Shown: piece after piece, positions 26,705 through 39,178 of the stretch
Numbering within the stretch: position 1 is the first letter of the stretch
Layout: each line of letters opens with the position of its first letter
Origin: Anolis carolinensis
Lineage: Eukaryota
DNA: 64,000 nt
Assembly (NCBI RefSeq): GCF_035594765.1
Contig: NW_026943823.1
Coordinates: 14,322,001 to 14,386,000 of the forward strand
Direction of reading: 5' to 3'
Made by a program: the position numbers and the translations under genes
The notes under the pieces: generated by a model
What the model saw: only the letters and a program-made list of their open reading frames with translations
What the model was told of the DNA's origin: nothing
Database searches by the model: none

Positions 26705-27373
26705 TTTCTTCCACATGTGGTGGGGTTGCAAAATAGCAAAGGAATATTGGAAAAAATACACAAATCAATACAAAAAATCTTCAAAACAAACTTTCAACTG
26801 AAACCTGAGTATTTTCTATTAGGAATGACTGATATGAACTTTAATAAGAACCAAGAGATTCTATTCAACTATTTTATAACAGCTGCCAGAATAGTTTATG
26901 CAAAGAAATGGAAATCAACAGAATTACCAACTAAAGAAGAATGGATATTAAAGATTATGGACATAAAGAACATGGATATTCTGACATATTATTTGAAAAC
27001 CCATCAGGGTAAACCAGTTAAAAAAACGGACTGGACATTACTGATAACTTACATAGAACAAGAGGAACTTTTTATAAACACACAAGGACGGAGTGGACAT
27101 ATGAACAGTAATTGATACAAAATACTTTTATTTCACCTGGAAGGAAAGACGGGAAGGACAATCCCTTTTTTTTCTCTATTTTATCTTATTTTTAAATTTT
27201 TAACTCTTTTTTTTCTTACTTCCTTTTGATTTTTCTCTCTCTTTTCCCCCCCCTCTCCCTCTTTTTTTTACACATATCACATCCTCCCCTTTCACTTTCT
27301 TTTCTATATATTATTATTGTTCTCACACTTTTTATGTTTAAAAACACTCAATAAAAATTAAATTTAAAAAAAA
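26705..27373 (+). mobile_element. L1 LINE 3' fragment
   Basis: FFHMWWGC / ITAARIVYAKKWK ORF2 C-terminus, pyrimidine-rich 3' UTR, AATAAA-polyA, TSD tcacagaaa. Confidence 0.82.
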
Positions 27374-27600
27374 TCACAGAAAAATACATGAGTAATGAAT
27401 CATCCTCCAGTGCACAGTGATTCCAATGGGACCCAGGTGAGGCTTCCCTGTCAATACAGGTGTATGGGCTCATGAATCTAAAGAACAAGTGGCCAGGAAG
27501 GAGTGAGATGGACTTCTAAGTAGGTGCAGGACCTATATGGTTTGCACTTAGGGAGTGGAAACAACAACCAGGACTCCAATGGAGGAGTAAAGAGGGTGAG

Positions 27601-27660
27601 GATTGGGCTCATGCAGCTGGATGTATTTGCTCTTGTAGCCAAATCGAGGAGAGGATAAAA
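27601..27660 (+). promoter_or_regulatory. Gene 2 promoter module: CCAAT + E-box + TATA-like
   Basis: GATTGGGCTC-atg-CAGCTG ... GATAAAA. Confidence 0.6.
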
Positions 27661-27696
27661 GGCTAGGTCCATGGACGGGAACCCCATTTCAGAGCG

Positions 27697-27835
27697 ATGG
27701 ATCTGATCCTGCTGGGTGCTTTGCTCTCCAACTCCTGCATACCTCTTTCTGGAGGGACCTTCTCCATCGACCAGCCTCTGTTCCAAAGCTACATGCAAGA
27801 GGCCACCAATGGCACCAGCGACCAAACAAAGAGGC
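27697..27835 (+). CDS. Shisa-derived cluster gene 2, exon 1 (short ectodomain, no Shisa Cys motif)
   Basis: MDLILLGALLSNSCIPLSGG...NGTSDQTKR; donor C|GTAAGT, phase 1; GATAAAA box upstream; absent from the ORF track. Confidence 0.72.
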
Positions 27836-28027
27836 GTAAGTTCCTGGCTCTATCCAAGGCCTAGAGATTGGGGGAAAGGTTACTGAGCGGACTGCATCTC
27901 CCATAATCCCTTATCCAGCAGGTCTGTTATGGAAATAATAAGTGAAGTAGGAGTAAGAACAGTAAGAGAAGTAAGAATAATGGGACAGAGAACAGTAATG
28001 GGAGTGAGAAGAGTTAGAAGTGTAGTA

Positions 28028-28356
28028 AGGTAAAGGTAAAGGTTTCCCCTGACGTTAAGTCCAGTCATGTCTGACTCTGGTGGTTGGTGCTCATTTCCAT
28101 TTCTAAGCCGAAGAGCCGGCGTTGTCCGTAGACACCTCCAAGGTCATGTGGCTGGCATGACTGCACGGAGCGCTGTTACCTTCCCGCTGGAGCAGTACCT
28201 ATTGATCTACTCACATTTGCATGTTTTCAAACTGCTAGGTTGGCAGAAGCTAGAGCTAACAGCGGGCGCTCACTCCCCTCTCGGGATTTGAACCTGCGAC
28301 CTTTGAGTCTGCAAGTTCAGCAGCTCAGTGCTTTAACACACTTCGCCACCGGGGTT
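28028..28356 (-). mobile_element. Sauria SINE (gene 2 intron)
   Basis: same family consensus. Confidence 0.82.
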
Positions 28357-29505
28357 CCAGAAGTGTAGTAGGAACAGTAAAATAAGGGGGAAGAATAAGA
28401 GTAAAACATCAAGAGTAATAAAGGAAGTAGGAGTAAAAAAGGAGCAAGAAAAGTAAGAGCAATAAGAAGAATTGGAAGAAGAAAAGTAATAGGGAGAGTA
28501 ATAAGAAGAGTAGTAATAGTAAGAAGCAAAGAGGAGTGGGATTAATACTAATACTACAGTAGATGTTCAGTTATCCAGAACTCATGCAATTGGCAAAGAA
28601 ATAATATTGCACTCACAAACTATTTTTAATAACACAGCCAAACTGTAACATTTATCATTATTATTTTATTTATGTTTGTTTATTTATACACAAGGAGACT
28701 CCATGTGGCTGCTTTGAGTTAAGCTTGTTTATATTTGTCTTAGTTTGTTTTAATTCCTATATTTCAGTATTAATATCAAGTCAATACAGATTTTATGGCA
28801 TGGTGTAGTATGGGGGAATAGTATTAAGCCTGTTTTAAATAGTAGTTGAACAACCATAAATGCCATTGATCCGGCATTTACTGATCCCTATAGATCAGAC
28901 ATGGGCAAACTTTGGCCCTCCAGGTGTTTTGGACTTCAACTCCGGCAGTTAGGAATTGTGGGAGTTGAAGTCCAAAACACCTGGAGGGCCAAAGTTTGCC
29001 CATGCCTGCTATTGATGTATGACTTGGGTTCCCTGAGAGTTTACTGTCGTGATGAGAAATTGAATCATAGAATAATAGTTGAAAGAGACCACATGGACCA
29101 TCTAGTCCAATGATTCTCAAACTGTGGGTCCCCAGATGTTTTGGACTTCAATGCCCAGAAATCTTAACAGCTGGAATTTCTGGGAGTTGTAGGCCAAAAC
29201 ACCTAGGGACCCACAGGTTGAGAACCACTGGTCTAGTCCAACCCCCTGCCCTGCAGGAATAGCACAATCAAAGTATCCCTGGCAGATGGCCATCCAGTCT
29301 CTGTTTAAAAGTTTCCAAGAAAGGAGCCTCCAGCACACTCTGAGGCAGAGAATTCCACTGTTGAACAGCTCCTACGGTCGGGAAGTTCTTCCTAATGTTC
29401 AAGCGGAATCTCCTTTCCTGTCATTTGAACCCATTGTTCTGAGTCCTAGTTTCAAGGGCAACAGGGAAAAAGCCTGCACCCTCTTCCTTATGACACCCTT
29501 TCAAA

Positions 29506-29849
29506 TACAGTAGAGTCTCACTTATCCAACATAAACGGGCCGGTAGAACGTTGGATAAGCGAAAACGTTGGATAATAAGGAAGGATTAAGGAAAAGCCTA
29601 TTAAACATCAAATTACATTATGATTTTACAAATTAAGCACCAAAACATGTTTTACAACAAATCAACAGAAAAAGCAGTTCAGTACATGGTAACGTTATGT
29701 ACTAATTTCTGTATTTACGAATTTAGCACCAAAACATCACAATGTATTAAAACATTGACTACCAAAACACTGATTATTAAAAGGCAGACTGCGTTGGATA
29801 TTCTAGAATGTTGGATAAGCGAAGGTTGGATAAGTGAGACTCTACTGTA
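29506..29849. mobile_element. Tc1/mariner-pogo-like MITE (TIR cagtagagtctcacttatccaac, TA TSD)
   Basis: full copies also at ~33669-33995, 36881-37355 and 60699-61025; partial copies at ~2440-2640 and 25804-26360. Confidence 0.8.
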
Positions 29850-30054
29850 GATCCTACCTCTCCCCATATACAGGGTGATTGAAAAAGAACTCCCTATTTC
29901 ACCATTTAATTAAATGGTGAAATAGGGTCCATTCCACACCCTGTATTGTGGTGCAGAACGGAAGCATTTTAAAATACAATATGTGCAAGCAGGTGAAACT
30001 GAGTATTTCTAACCAGTCTTTTTTCTCCCCTTCTTTTTCTTTCCCTCCTTCTAG

Positions 30055-30554
30055 ACTGGAGCTACTATGTGCTGATTGTTGTGGCCCTCACTGGCTCCTT
30101 GGTCTTCCTCTGCTTCTGTTCTCCTGCCCTTAAATGGCTGCTTTCCCGCTGCCTCCGCTCCAATGGAGATGAGGCAAGGACTCCCTTGAGGGACGCTCGC
30201 TGCAGTCGATGCTGGCCCCCAAACTATGGCACCCTCTCTGAGACTGTGGTCCCACCGCCCCTCATTCCCAAGGACACCCAAGAACACACTGGAGGCCAAG
30301 AAGCCCCAGGAGAAGTCCCCAAGGCTTCCGTGGAGAAGCGTGGAGACCAACCTGGAACTGATTCAGAGATCACCTTGGAAGTGGAAGATGCTGAAGGCCA
30401 AGAAGCCCCAGGAGGTCCCAAAGCTCCAGTGGAGAAGCGTGGAGACCAACCTGGAGCTGATTCGGAAGTCACCTTGGAAGGGGAAGATGCTGGAGGCCAA
30501 GAAACCCCAGGAGGCCTGAAGGCTCCAGTGGAAAAACGTGGAGACCAACCTTGA
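30055..30554 (+). CDS. Shisa-derived cluster gene 2, exon 2 (TM + tail with three ~33-aa repeats)
   Basis: long polypyrimidine ttctag|AC; HWSYYVLIVVALTGSLVFLCFC TM; NYGTL; repeats; spliced CDS 639 nt. Confidence 0.8.
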
Positions 30555-30590
30555 GCTGATTCAGAAGTCACCTTGGAAGGGGAAGACCTG
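30291..30590 (+). repeat. Coding tandem repeat, three units of ~99-102 bp
   Basis: units start at 30291, 30393 and 30492 (GQEAPGGPKAPVEKRGDQPGADSEVTLEGEDA). Confidence 0.9.
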
Positions 30591-32146
30591 GCCTAAGCAG
30601 CGGTGGCCCCAGTAGCCCTCCGTCAAGCAAACCTTGCTCTGTACAATCATCATTTTTAGGCTGTATGACATTTTAATCTCATATTATCGAATAGGGTGGC
30701 TATTCTTTTAAATGCAACAACTTCCCCAAATTTTCCTTTTACAAACACCATGCTGGCATTACACCCATCGCCTTTTGGTGCCAGGATGAGTAGCTTGTAA
30801 CTCTCTATATGTTGGACAGCAAGTCCCATCAGCCCCCATCAGTCAATGGTGAAGGATGGTGGGAGTTAAATACTACCAACAGCTAGAATGCCTTTACTTT
30901 GTACCAAATGCTCCCCAACTTTAGAGCAGGGTAACCAAGTGTAGCTTTCCAAACATTGGACTCTAATTCCCAGCATTTCTGGAATGGTTGGGACTGGGGT
31001 TTGCAATCTATATAGTCCCCATCCTGTTACAGAGACTTACCCCAATATTTGGCTACAGCGCCCAGCATTCCAAACTTCTGGTTGTTGTAGTCCAACTGTT
31101 CAATTGCTGGCACAGAGACTATTTCTCCAAAGAGCTTCATAGCCAAGACCAGACAAGAAATTATATCATTGAAACTCCCCATGAAACATCTGAGCTGGCA
31201 ATACCTGGGCATCCTGAATCCTAGAGCAATGCAATTTGGGTTGCTTTACCTACAAAATAATTCTAGTCCAACTGATATTTCCTTTTGAACTCTGAATATT
31301 TAGATTGTTCATATCTCTGGAGGCAAAACTAAGGGTAAATGTGCCTTATGGAGTTTCTATGTTACATGGGGTTGCCTTTTTAAACAAACTTTAAAAGTTC
31401 CACAATCACTTCTGTGAACTTGAACCCAAAGAAGCCATAATCACTTTCTGAACACACTACTTTGAAGACACAAGAAGAATCTGTATTCTTCCCACAGACA
31501 CACAACATTATGTTTTCAAATCTAGGCACCAAAGTATCTGAAATAAAGTATGTATCATTTTGCAATGGGTCTCCTGAAAGAGTTTGTTCAAAGTGAGGTT
31601 TCATCGTCGGTTGGTCTTATGCCTTTGCTGCAATTGTAGTGCTGGCTCTACTATCTGGGATGTGGCCATAGTTTTCCCCAGAACCCAAGCCTTGCTGGGT
31701 TACTGTAGCTATATAGGATGCTGTGGAAGCATGGGAGGTGTGATTTTGTAAGGTCTTGAGTCTTCTCTGTCAAGCTACAACTCCCAAGACTCCATGACAT
31801 TGAGCCAACTGAGTTAAAGTGGTGTCGAACCATATTAATTTCACAGTGCAGGTGCACCCAGGATAGGCAAAACAGACATGGAGTTTCATGTGGCAGCCAA
31901 GACTGTATGGGTGTCTCCAAAGTCCCTGGATGAGTTGTTTTCTGGCTGCTGAGGATGGTCAATTGCCTAGCAGGCAATCTACAAATGCAGCAATTCGTTT
32001 TTAAAGATTTCCTGCATTGTTTAGCATTTGGGATGGGGTGGGAATACCTATTTTGAAAACCAGATATGAGCATGTAGTTTTGCTTAATACTTTCCTCATT
32101 TGGGAGGGGTGTGTGCTACACTGTGTGGTCACCCAGAGGGTCCCAG

Positions 32147-33356
32147 CAAGCCTGTAGCCAAAGGGCGGTTTAGGGGTTCAAACCACCCCCCAAAATTTTC
32201 AGATTAAAAAAAAAACTGGTTTACTCATGAATTTTAACTGGTTAACCAAATCCCCACACCAAGTCTATGAGAAGCAAAAATTAGAGTCCCTCCAGAACTG
32301 CAAGCACAATCTCCACCAAATTTGGATTATCCACACTATCATTACCTATCTTTCTACCAATTTACATTGCAATAGCAGCAATAGTTGATGGATAGTGGAA
32401 GTGACCAAGTTGGTGTACCCATAGCCAGGGCTGGCCCAAGTACAGTATAGGCAAACAGAATTTTGACGCCTACCCCCCCCCCAACCAATCACTGAAAAAT
32501 AAAAGCGTTGGATAAGCGAAAATGTTGGATAATAAGGAGGGATTAAGGAAAAGCCTAAATAAAGAACAACACTCTGGAAACGGGAAATCCAGACAGGAAA
32601 CAATCAGAGCCAGCTAACATTTCCCAACCAAGGATGCCCCCAGGGAGGAAGCAGCCAGGCTTTGAATCTGCAAGACCATTAAATGCTAATCAAGCTGGCC
32701 AATTGCAACATTCACACTAGCCTCAAACAGACAAGAGCTCTGGCAAGAAGGAAAGCGCTCGCCCAAAGCAGCGACCTTATTCCTTGCGGATGCAGGCACG
32801 GCAGCGGAGGCAGGAGTTGCCTCAACAGCGCCCCCTACAGGATGGCGCCACAGGCAACTGCCTAGTTTGCCTCGCGGTTGAACCGCCCCTGCCCGTAGCT
32901 GTCAGGCAAAGTCTAAGACATGGGGCAGAAGGGAGGGGAGGGGGATCTTGGTGCATTGGTGGCTAAACCATTTGTGCGATGGAAAAATGAAATAGAAATC
33001 TTCAATAGACACCAAAAAAACTGTACAATCTGAGTAACTTGTGCTTGGCTGAAAACTTCTTGCTAATTCACAGTGGAAAACATCTTGTTATAACTCATCA
33101 TCTTGAAAAAGGAAGAAAGCAGAAGAAAACAAAGAAACTTCTGCCAATTGTAGAAACTATTGTCCTTTGTGGTCGACAAGAACTGGCTTTAAGAGGGAGC
33201 AATGTTTCAGGACCTATTATCTGTGGAGAACCTTTGCACAGTGATGGTAATTTCAGGGCCTTGTTGAGATCTCATCCCAAATCAGGAGACCAACCTGAAA
33301 AGTCATTGGGGGTTGGGGGTTAACCCCTCCCAGTTTTTTTTATCACTATGGGCCTG
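32147..33356 (+). mobile_element. Deleted hAT (Tip100/Zaphod-like) with transposase remnant and a nested hAT MITE (32426-32891)
   Basis: TSD ggtcccag/agtcccag; IVETIVLCGRQELALRG..GNFRALL motif; inner TSD cccatagc/cccgtagc. Confidence 0.78.
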
Positions 33357-34039
33357 AGTCCCAGCAGCAATAAAATGGCCTTTTTATCCAGTTGGTGGCC
33401 TACTATGGGTTGACTACATCCATATGTAGGAAAAGGGGACCCACCTATTGAATCATTTCTCTTTATAGAGTTGGAAGGGACCCCAAAGGCCATCTAGTCC
33501 AGCCCCCTATCATTCAGAAATACTCTGCTAAAGCACTCCTAAAAGATGTCAATCGTATCTCTGTTTAAAGGCCTCCAAAAATAGAGAGTCCACCAGCTGC
33601 TGAGTTAATCAGCTTCTACAGTAAATAGGTTCTTCCTAATGTTTAGGTTGAATTCCTTTTTATGTAATTACAGTAGAGTCTCACTTATCCAACACTCACT
33701 TATCCAATGTTCTGGATTATCCAACGCATTTTTGTAGACAATGTTTTCAATATATCATGATATTTTGGTGCTAAATTCGTAAATACAGTAATTACTACAT
33801 AGCATTACTGTATATTGAACTACTTTTTCTGTCAAATTTGTTGTATAACATGATGTTCTGGTGCTTAATTTGTAAAATTATAACCTAATTTGATGTTTAA
33901 TAGGCTTTTCCTTAATCTCTCCTTATTATCCAACATATTCGCTTATCCAACGTTCTGTCGGCCCGTTTATGTTGGATAAGTGAGACTCTACTGTAGTAGC
34001 AGGTATTTCATTGTAGTGTTATAACAGTAGGAGGTAGAT

Positions 34040-34355
34040 AAGGTAAAGGTAAAGTTTTTCCCCTGATGTTAAGTCCAGTCATGTCTGACTCTGGGAATTG
34101 GTGCTCATTTCCATTTCTAAGCCGAAGAGCCGGCATTGTCCGTAGACACCTCCAAGGTCATGTGGCCGGCATGACTGCATGGAGCGCAGTCAGAGTGGTA
34201 CCTATTGATCTACTCACATTGGCATGTTTTCGAACTGCTAGGTTTGGCAGGAGCTGGAGCAACAGCGGGCGCTCACTCCGCTCCCAGGATTTGAACCTGG
34301 GACCTTTTGGTCTGCAGGTTCAGTAGCTCAGCACTTTAACACACTTCACTACCGG
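34040..34355 (-). mobile_element. Sauria SINE
   Basis: same family consensus. Confidence 0.8.
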
Positions 34356-34949
34356 AGGTAGATACGTTATATTTATATAGACTTTTTCAAATAACCTGGG
34401 CAACGCCGGGTACCCAAGCGTGTGTATCTTGTGTATACACACACACACACACAACCTTCTTGTGCCTTCTATTACTGTTTTTTTTTTCCTTGAATAAAAA
34501 TTAGTAATTAAAAAAGTTGACAGAAATACATCAAGAGGCAAATAGCCGAATAGTTCCACACATTTTTAATCGCTGCTTCGGTGCGTACATTTGAAAACAT
34601 GCCATTGACAAGTGTCGGTGCAAAAACGGTTTTGTGCATCTCAGAAGCCTTTCTCTTGGAGGCTTTGGGGTCTGTGCATAGACGTGAAGGTGCACAATTC
34701 AAGTATTTAAAAAGCTACAGCATGGAACTTCCGGGGAAAATATGGTTCCATGTCCCTGCCTTATGACAATAGATGCATCATGGGTTTCATATAGATAAAA
34801 ACTCAACATCTGCACAAGGAGGATTATTTAAAAGTTAAGCTGCCCTAAAATCATGGGACGCCACAATATTTCATCATGTCTTCATTGGCTCTTCTTAAGG
34901 ATTTCATTCCAGTGATAGGAATTGTGTAACTCTCCAGATGCTGTTAGAG

Positions 34950-35083
34950 CAGCCCTGGGCAAACTTTGGCCCTCCAGGTGTTTTGGACTACAACTCCCAC
35001 AATTCCTAACAGCCTACCGGCTGTTAGGAATTGTGGGAGTTGTAGTCCAAAACACCTGGAGGGCCAAAGTTTGCCCAGGGCTG
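34950..35083. mobile_element. Short palindromic hAT-like MITE
   Basis: near-perfect inverted repeat; sister copies at 28896-29008, 19814-19890 and 57195-57258. Confidence 0.7.
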
Positions 35084-35347
35084 TGATGAAGACATTCTAG
35101 CTGTTGTTATTGAACTCCCATCATCCTTCACTGCTGGCTGATGGGAGTTGTAGTCCAACGTACACACTTTGGAATTGGAGCAGAATGGGGTCAAACCAGT
35201 GTCCCGTTTGCAAAGGGCAACTTGGGGGAAGTCATTACATTTAAAAGAAAACCTAGTCGATAACATGGGATTAAAAACAGTCACAGAGGATGCCTTGATT
35301 TGGCCTAAAATGGGACGTAGTCCTGCTTTGGCCAGACCTTGGATGGC

Positions 35348-35670
35348 TTAAGCCACCTTGTCTGCTTCCAGGGTGACCTCAGAGTCTCCTCTCTCCCGAG
35401 GAGGGATCCTCATCCAAATGATCCCATCATCCACTGAAGCGGCACTATCTTGAGATCCCTCTATATCAGGAGCCTGCCTTTCGATGTTTTCAAAAGCCCC
35501 GTAGCCATTGCTGGAGCTCTGGTTGAAGACCCTCAGGGGGAGGTTATTGCTCCTCCAGTTTCGTTCGAAGGCGGCTATCATTCGTTTCAGGAGGCATTCG
35601 CAGCAACATGTTAAGATGAAGATAAAAGCTAAGAGTAGGAAGATGGGGAGTATGACCCAAATCCGAAAAT
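35348..35670 (-). CDS. Shisa-derived cluster gene 3, exon 2 (TM + juxtamembrane Cys cluster)
   Basis: ttttaacag|AT; DFRIWVILPIFLLLAFIFILTCCCECLLKR; GYGAF; ends GDSEVTLEADKVA; spliced CDS 567 nt. Confidence 0.8.
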
Positions 35671-36062
35671 CTGTTAAAAAAAAAAGAGAGAGGGAGAGAT
35701 GAACTTTCAATTCGTACTTGTCCATTTACATTGCCTCTAGCTCTATTGATAGCTTGAACATAATGAAGGTTCATTTCATTTTGCCATTTGACATATGGCA
35801 GACCGTTTCGCAATATGTATACAGTTTATTTTATTTCGTGTCAAAAGCATTGCATAATAAATAAGTTTAAAAGTGATAAAATAAAGGAATCACAAACAGC
35901 TAAATAGTTTTGGACCAAAAGCGGGCAACAGCAATCGCATTGTCTGTAGCTTTAAACAACTCCTCCTCCGTGCATGAGGCAGGGCATTGTGGGCAAGCAT
36001 ACATATGAAGAGTGGTTTGGGTTTAAAAGCATTGCATTGCTGTTAAACATTTTTTTAATGTA

Positions 36063-36532
36063 TACAGTGTTCCCTCACTACTTCACGGTTCACTTTTTGC
36101 GGATTCGCTGTTTTGCGGTTTTTCAATAAACTCTAAAAGACTATTATAAATCATAAAAAAATTATAATTTACAGCCTAAGGAAGGGAGGAAGGAGAAGCC
36201 GAAGGGAGAGAAAAGGAACCCAAGTGGCAACGGGAGAAGGAGGAGGCGATTTATCCACACATGATTGGTTGATAAAGACTTAAAATAGTGCATAACTACT
36301 AAAATAAAAGGTTAAAAGGTTTTCCCCTGACTTTAAGTCCAGTCATGTCTGACTGGTGCTCATCTCCATTTCTAAGTCGAAGAGCCGGCGTCGTCCGTAG
36401 ACACCTCCAAGGTCATGTGGCTGGAATAATGTATAAATATTAAAATAAATACAGCGTCCCCACTTCGTGGATTTTCACTTATTGCGGGTGGTCTTGGAAC
36501 CTAACCCCAGCGATAAGTGAAGGAACACTGTA
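36063..36532. mobile_element. Tigger/pogo-like MITE with nested Sauria SINE fragment
   Basis: ta-cagtgttccctcact ... agtgaaggaacactg-ta. Confidence 0.7.
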
Positions 36533-36649
36533 ATGGGGTTTGAGCACCCACAAATTTGCTATCCCCGGAGGGGTCCATAAATCAACACACACACACATAT
36601 ACGGTATCATTTCCCACTTTTAAGCTCCCTTGTTAAGCTACATTTCTCA

Positions 36650-36870
36650 GGGTGCATCTACATTGTAGAATTAATGCAGTTTGGCACCGCTTGGAAGTGC
36701 CATAGCTCAATGCTATGGGATCCTGGGGGTTATAGTTTGCTGAGGCACCAACACTCTTGGGAAGAAAACATGAAAGCCCTTCTAAATTTAAAAACTCCCA
36801 GGATCCCATAACATTGAGACATGGCAGGTCAAGTAATGCCAAACTGCATTAGTTTTACAGTGTGGATACA
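36650..36870. mobile_element. Palindromic Harbinger/PIF-like MITE (gggtgcatctacac TIR)
   Basis: many copies: ~18725-18910, 19625-19812, 24895-25108, 31700-31860, 54383-54570, 55170-55360. Confidence 0.6.
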
Positions 36871-38066
36871 TCATTCATATTACAGTAGAGTCTCACTTAT
36901 CCAACATAAACGGGCTGGCATATAATCAGTAGGCATTTTTTCTGGTGGCCGTTTATTATGAGATTCAACTTGGGTAAAGAGACTGAGATTTCAAAAGTGT
37001 GAATCTTATAAGCAGAAAGTTTTGAGAATAAAGCAGAGTCTCACTTATCCAACATAAACAGGCCGGCAGAATGTTGGATAAGTGAATATGTTGGAGAATA
37101 AGGAGGGATTAAGGAAAAGCCTATTAAACATCAAATTAGGATATGATTTTACAAATTAAGCACCAAAACATCATGTTATACAACAAATTTGACAGAAAAA
37201 GTAATTCAATGCGCAGTAATGTTATGTTGTAATTACTGTATTTACAAATTTAGCACCAAAATATCACAATATATTGAAAACATTGACTACAAAAACGTGT
37301 TGGATAATCCAGAACATTGGATAAGCGGGTGTTGGATAAGTGAGACTCTACTGTACTTTGAATGAAGTGCAATGATGAGAGATTCAGGAGCAAATAAACA
37401 AAAGGGTTTCTTCACACTGTACACTATGGAACTCACTGCCAAAGGGCAGCCACCAAGTTGGGACAACTTTAAAGAGAGATTAAAATTTATGGGAGATAAA
37501 AGAGACAGCTGTAGGCTGGATTTCAGAGGAAGGAGAAATCACTTCTAAGTATACCTTGCCTATGAAAACCTTATGGGATTCATAGTTCCGCCTTAAGTCT
37601 ACAGGCAACTTAAAAGTGCATATGAACACATGCAAATGGCACAAGATCCTGTCTAATAGTGAAGCTAAGCAGGGACAGCCCTGGTTAGCTCTTGCATGGG
37701 AGATCCCCAATGAATCCCAGTTGCTGTAAGCTACGTTTCAGAAGAAAGAACTGGCAAAACTAAATTTGAGTTTTCCATACCTAAGAAAATGGTGGAATTC
37801 ATGGGGTCGCTATAAGTCAACACATTTTGGGACCTAAAAATACCCTAAAAGTGACTGGATGAGGTCTGATCCTGGAAGCTAAGCAGGCTCAGCCATGGTT
37901 AGTCTTTGGATGGGAGACCACCAAGGAATGCCAGGTGGTGCAGGCCGTGTTTCAGAGAAAGGAACCGGCAAAGCCACCATAAGTCAGCAGGGAACCTGGA
38001 GGCACATCCATGGACAACCATTTCCCAAAGTCATTGTCTAGAGATCCTGAGGATTGCAATGCTCAC

Positions 38067-38310
38067 CTCCGACATGGCCTTCCTGTTCATTCTGGCTGCG
38101 GTTGGCTACCATTTCCATGGAAGTTGGGGAGAGGGGCCAATCTCCCACCCCTTGCAGGGAGCAGTCAAACAGAGGAGGGGGAGACCCCAAAGGCCCAACT
38201 GTGGCCCCCCAACTGGAGCCCCAAATGGGTCCCGATCCATTCCCTCTCTTTGGAGCGGCTGCCTTCAGGGCAAGCAGCAAAAGCAAAGAGCAACATAATC
38301 CCCGATCCAT
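38067..38310 (-). CDS. Shisa-derived cluster gene 3, exon 1
   Basis: MDRGLCCSLLLLLALKAAAP signal similar to gene 1; single F-D-C remnant; donor G|GTGAGC, phase 1. Confidence 0.75.
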
Positions 38311-38361
38311 TGTTTGCACTTCTCCAAGACGGGTCTCCTCACCAATCCCCATCCATAGGGC

Positions 38362-38435
38362 TTTTATTCCTTTTCTGGGTTTGCTCCTGGATGTGGTCAG
38401 AACTCCAAGTGGCCTCAGCTGGTGAGGCCCCAATC
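38362..38435 (-). promoter_or_regulatory. Gene 3 promoter module
   Basis: GATTGGGGCC-tcac-CAGCTG ... AATAAAA. Confidence 0.6.
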
Positions 38436-38481
38436 CCAACCCTCCCTTTCCTCCCCCCTTTCTCCTCGGGTGCATCTACAC

Positions 38482-39178
38482 CAGGGGTCCCCAAACTAAG
38501 GCCCAGGGGCCGGATGCGGCCCTCCAAGGTCATTTACCTGGCCCCCGTCCTCATTTATAATATAATATTTTTATATCAGTTTTAATAATATAATATTGAT
38601 AATAATATTATCATTTTATACAATATAATACTAATAATACCATATAATACTATAATTTAATTATATGTTATATGTTACTTATAATATTACAGTATAGTGG
38701 TATAGTTCAATATAGTAATATATAATGCTAATATATTATATATATTGCTAATAATGCTAATAATATAATGTATGTACATACAGCTGCTCTGAGTCCCCTT
38801 CGGGGTGAGAAGGGCGAGATATAAATGTAGTAAATAAATGTAGCAAATGAATGAATAAATAATTTTAGACTTAGGCTCGCCCAGAGTCTGAAATGACTTA
38901 AAGGCACACAACAACAACAATCCTAATTAACCTATCTCATTGGCCAGAAGCAGGCCCACACTTCCTATTGAAATCCTGGTAGGTTTATGTTGGTTAAAAT
39001 TGTTTTCATTTTTAAATATTGTATTGTTCTTTCATTGTTATTGTTTTGCAATACAAATAAGATATGTGCAGTGTGCTTAAGAATTTGTTCGTTTTTTTTT
39101 TTCAAATGATAATTCGGCCCCTCAGCAGTCTGAAGGATTGTGGACCAGCCCTCTGCTTTAAAAGTTTGAGGACCCCTG
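38482..39178. mobile_element. hAT MITE just upstream of the gene 3 promoter
   Basis: TIR caggggtcc/ggacccctg; 8-bp TSD ATCTACAC. Confidence 0.85.

Noticed and set aside
27940-28540. Hydrophobic Leu/Ile/Thr ORFs on the minus strand
   Set aside because: Low-complexity (AGTAAG)-like intronic tract
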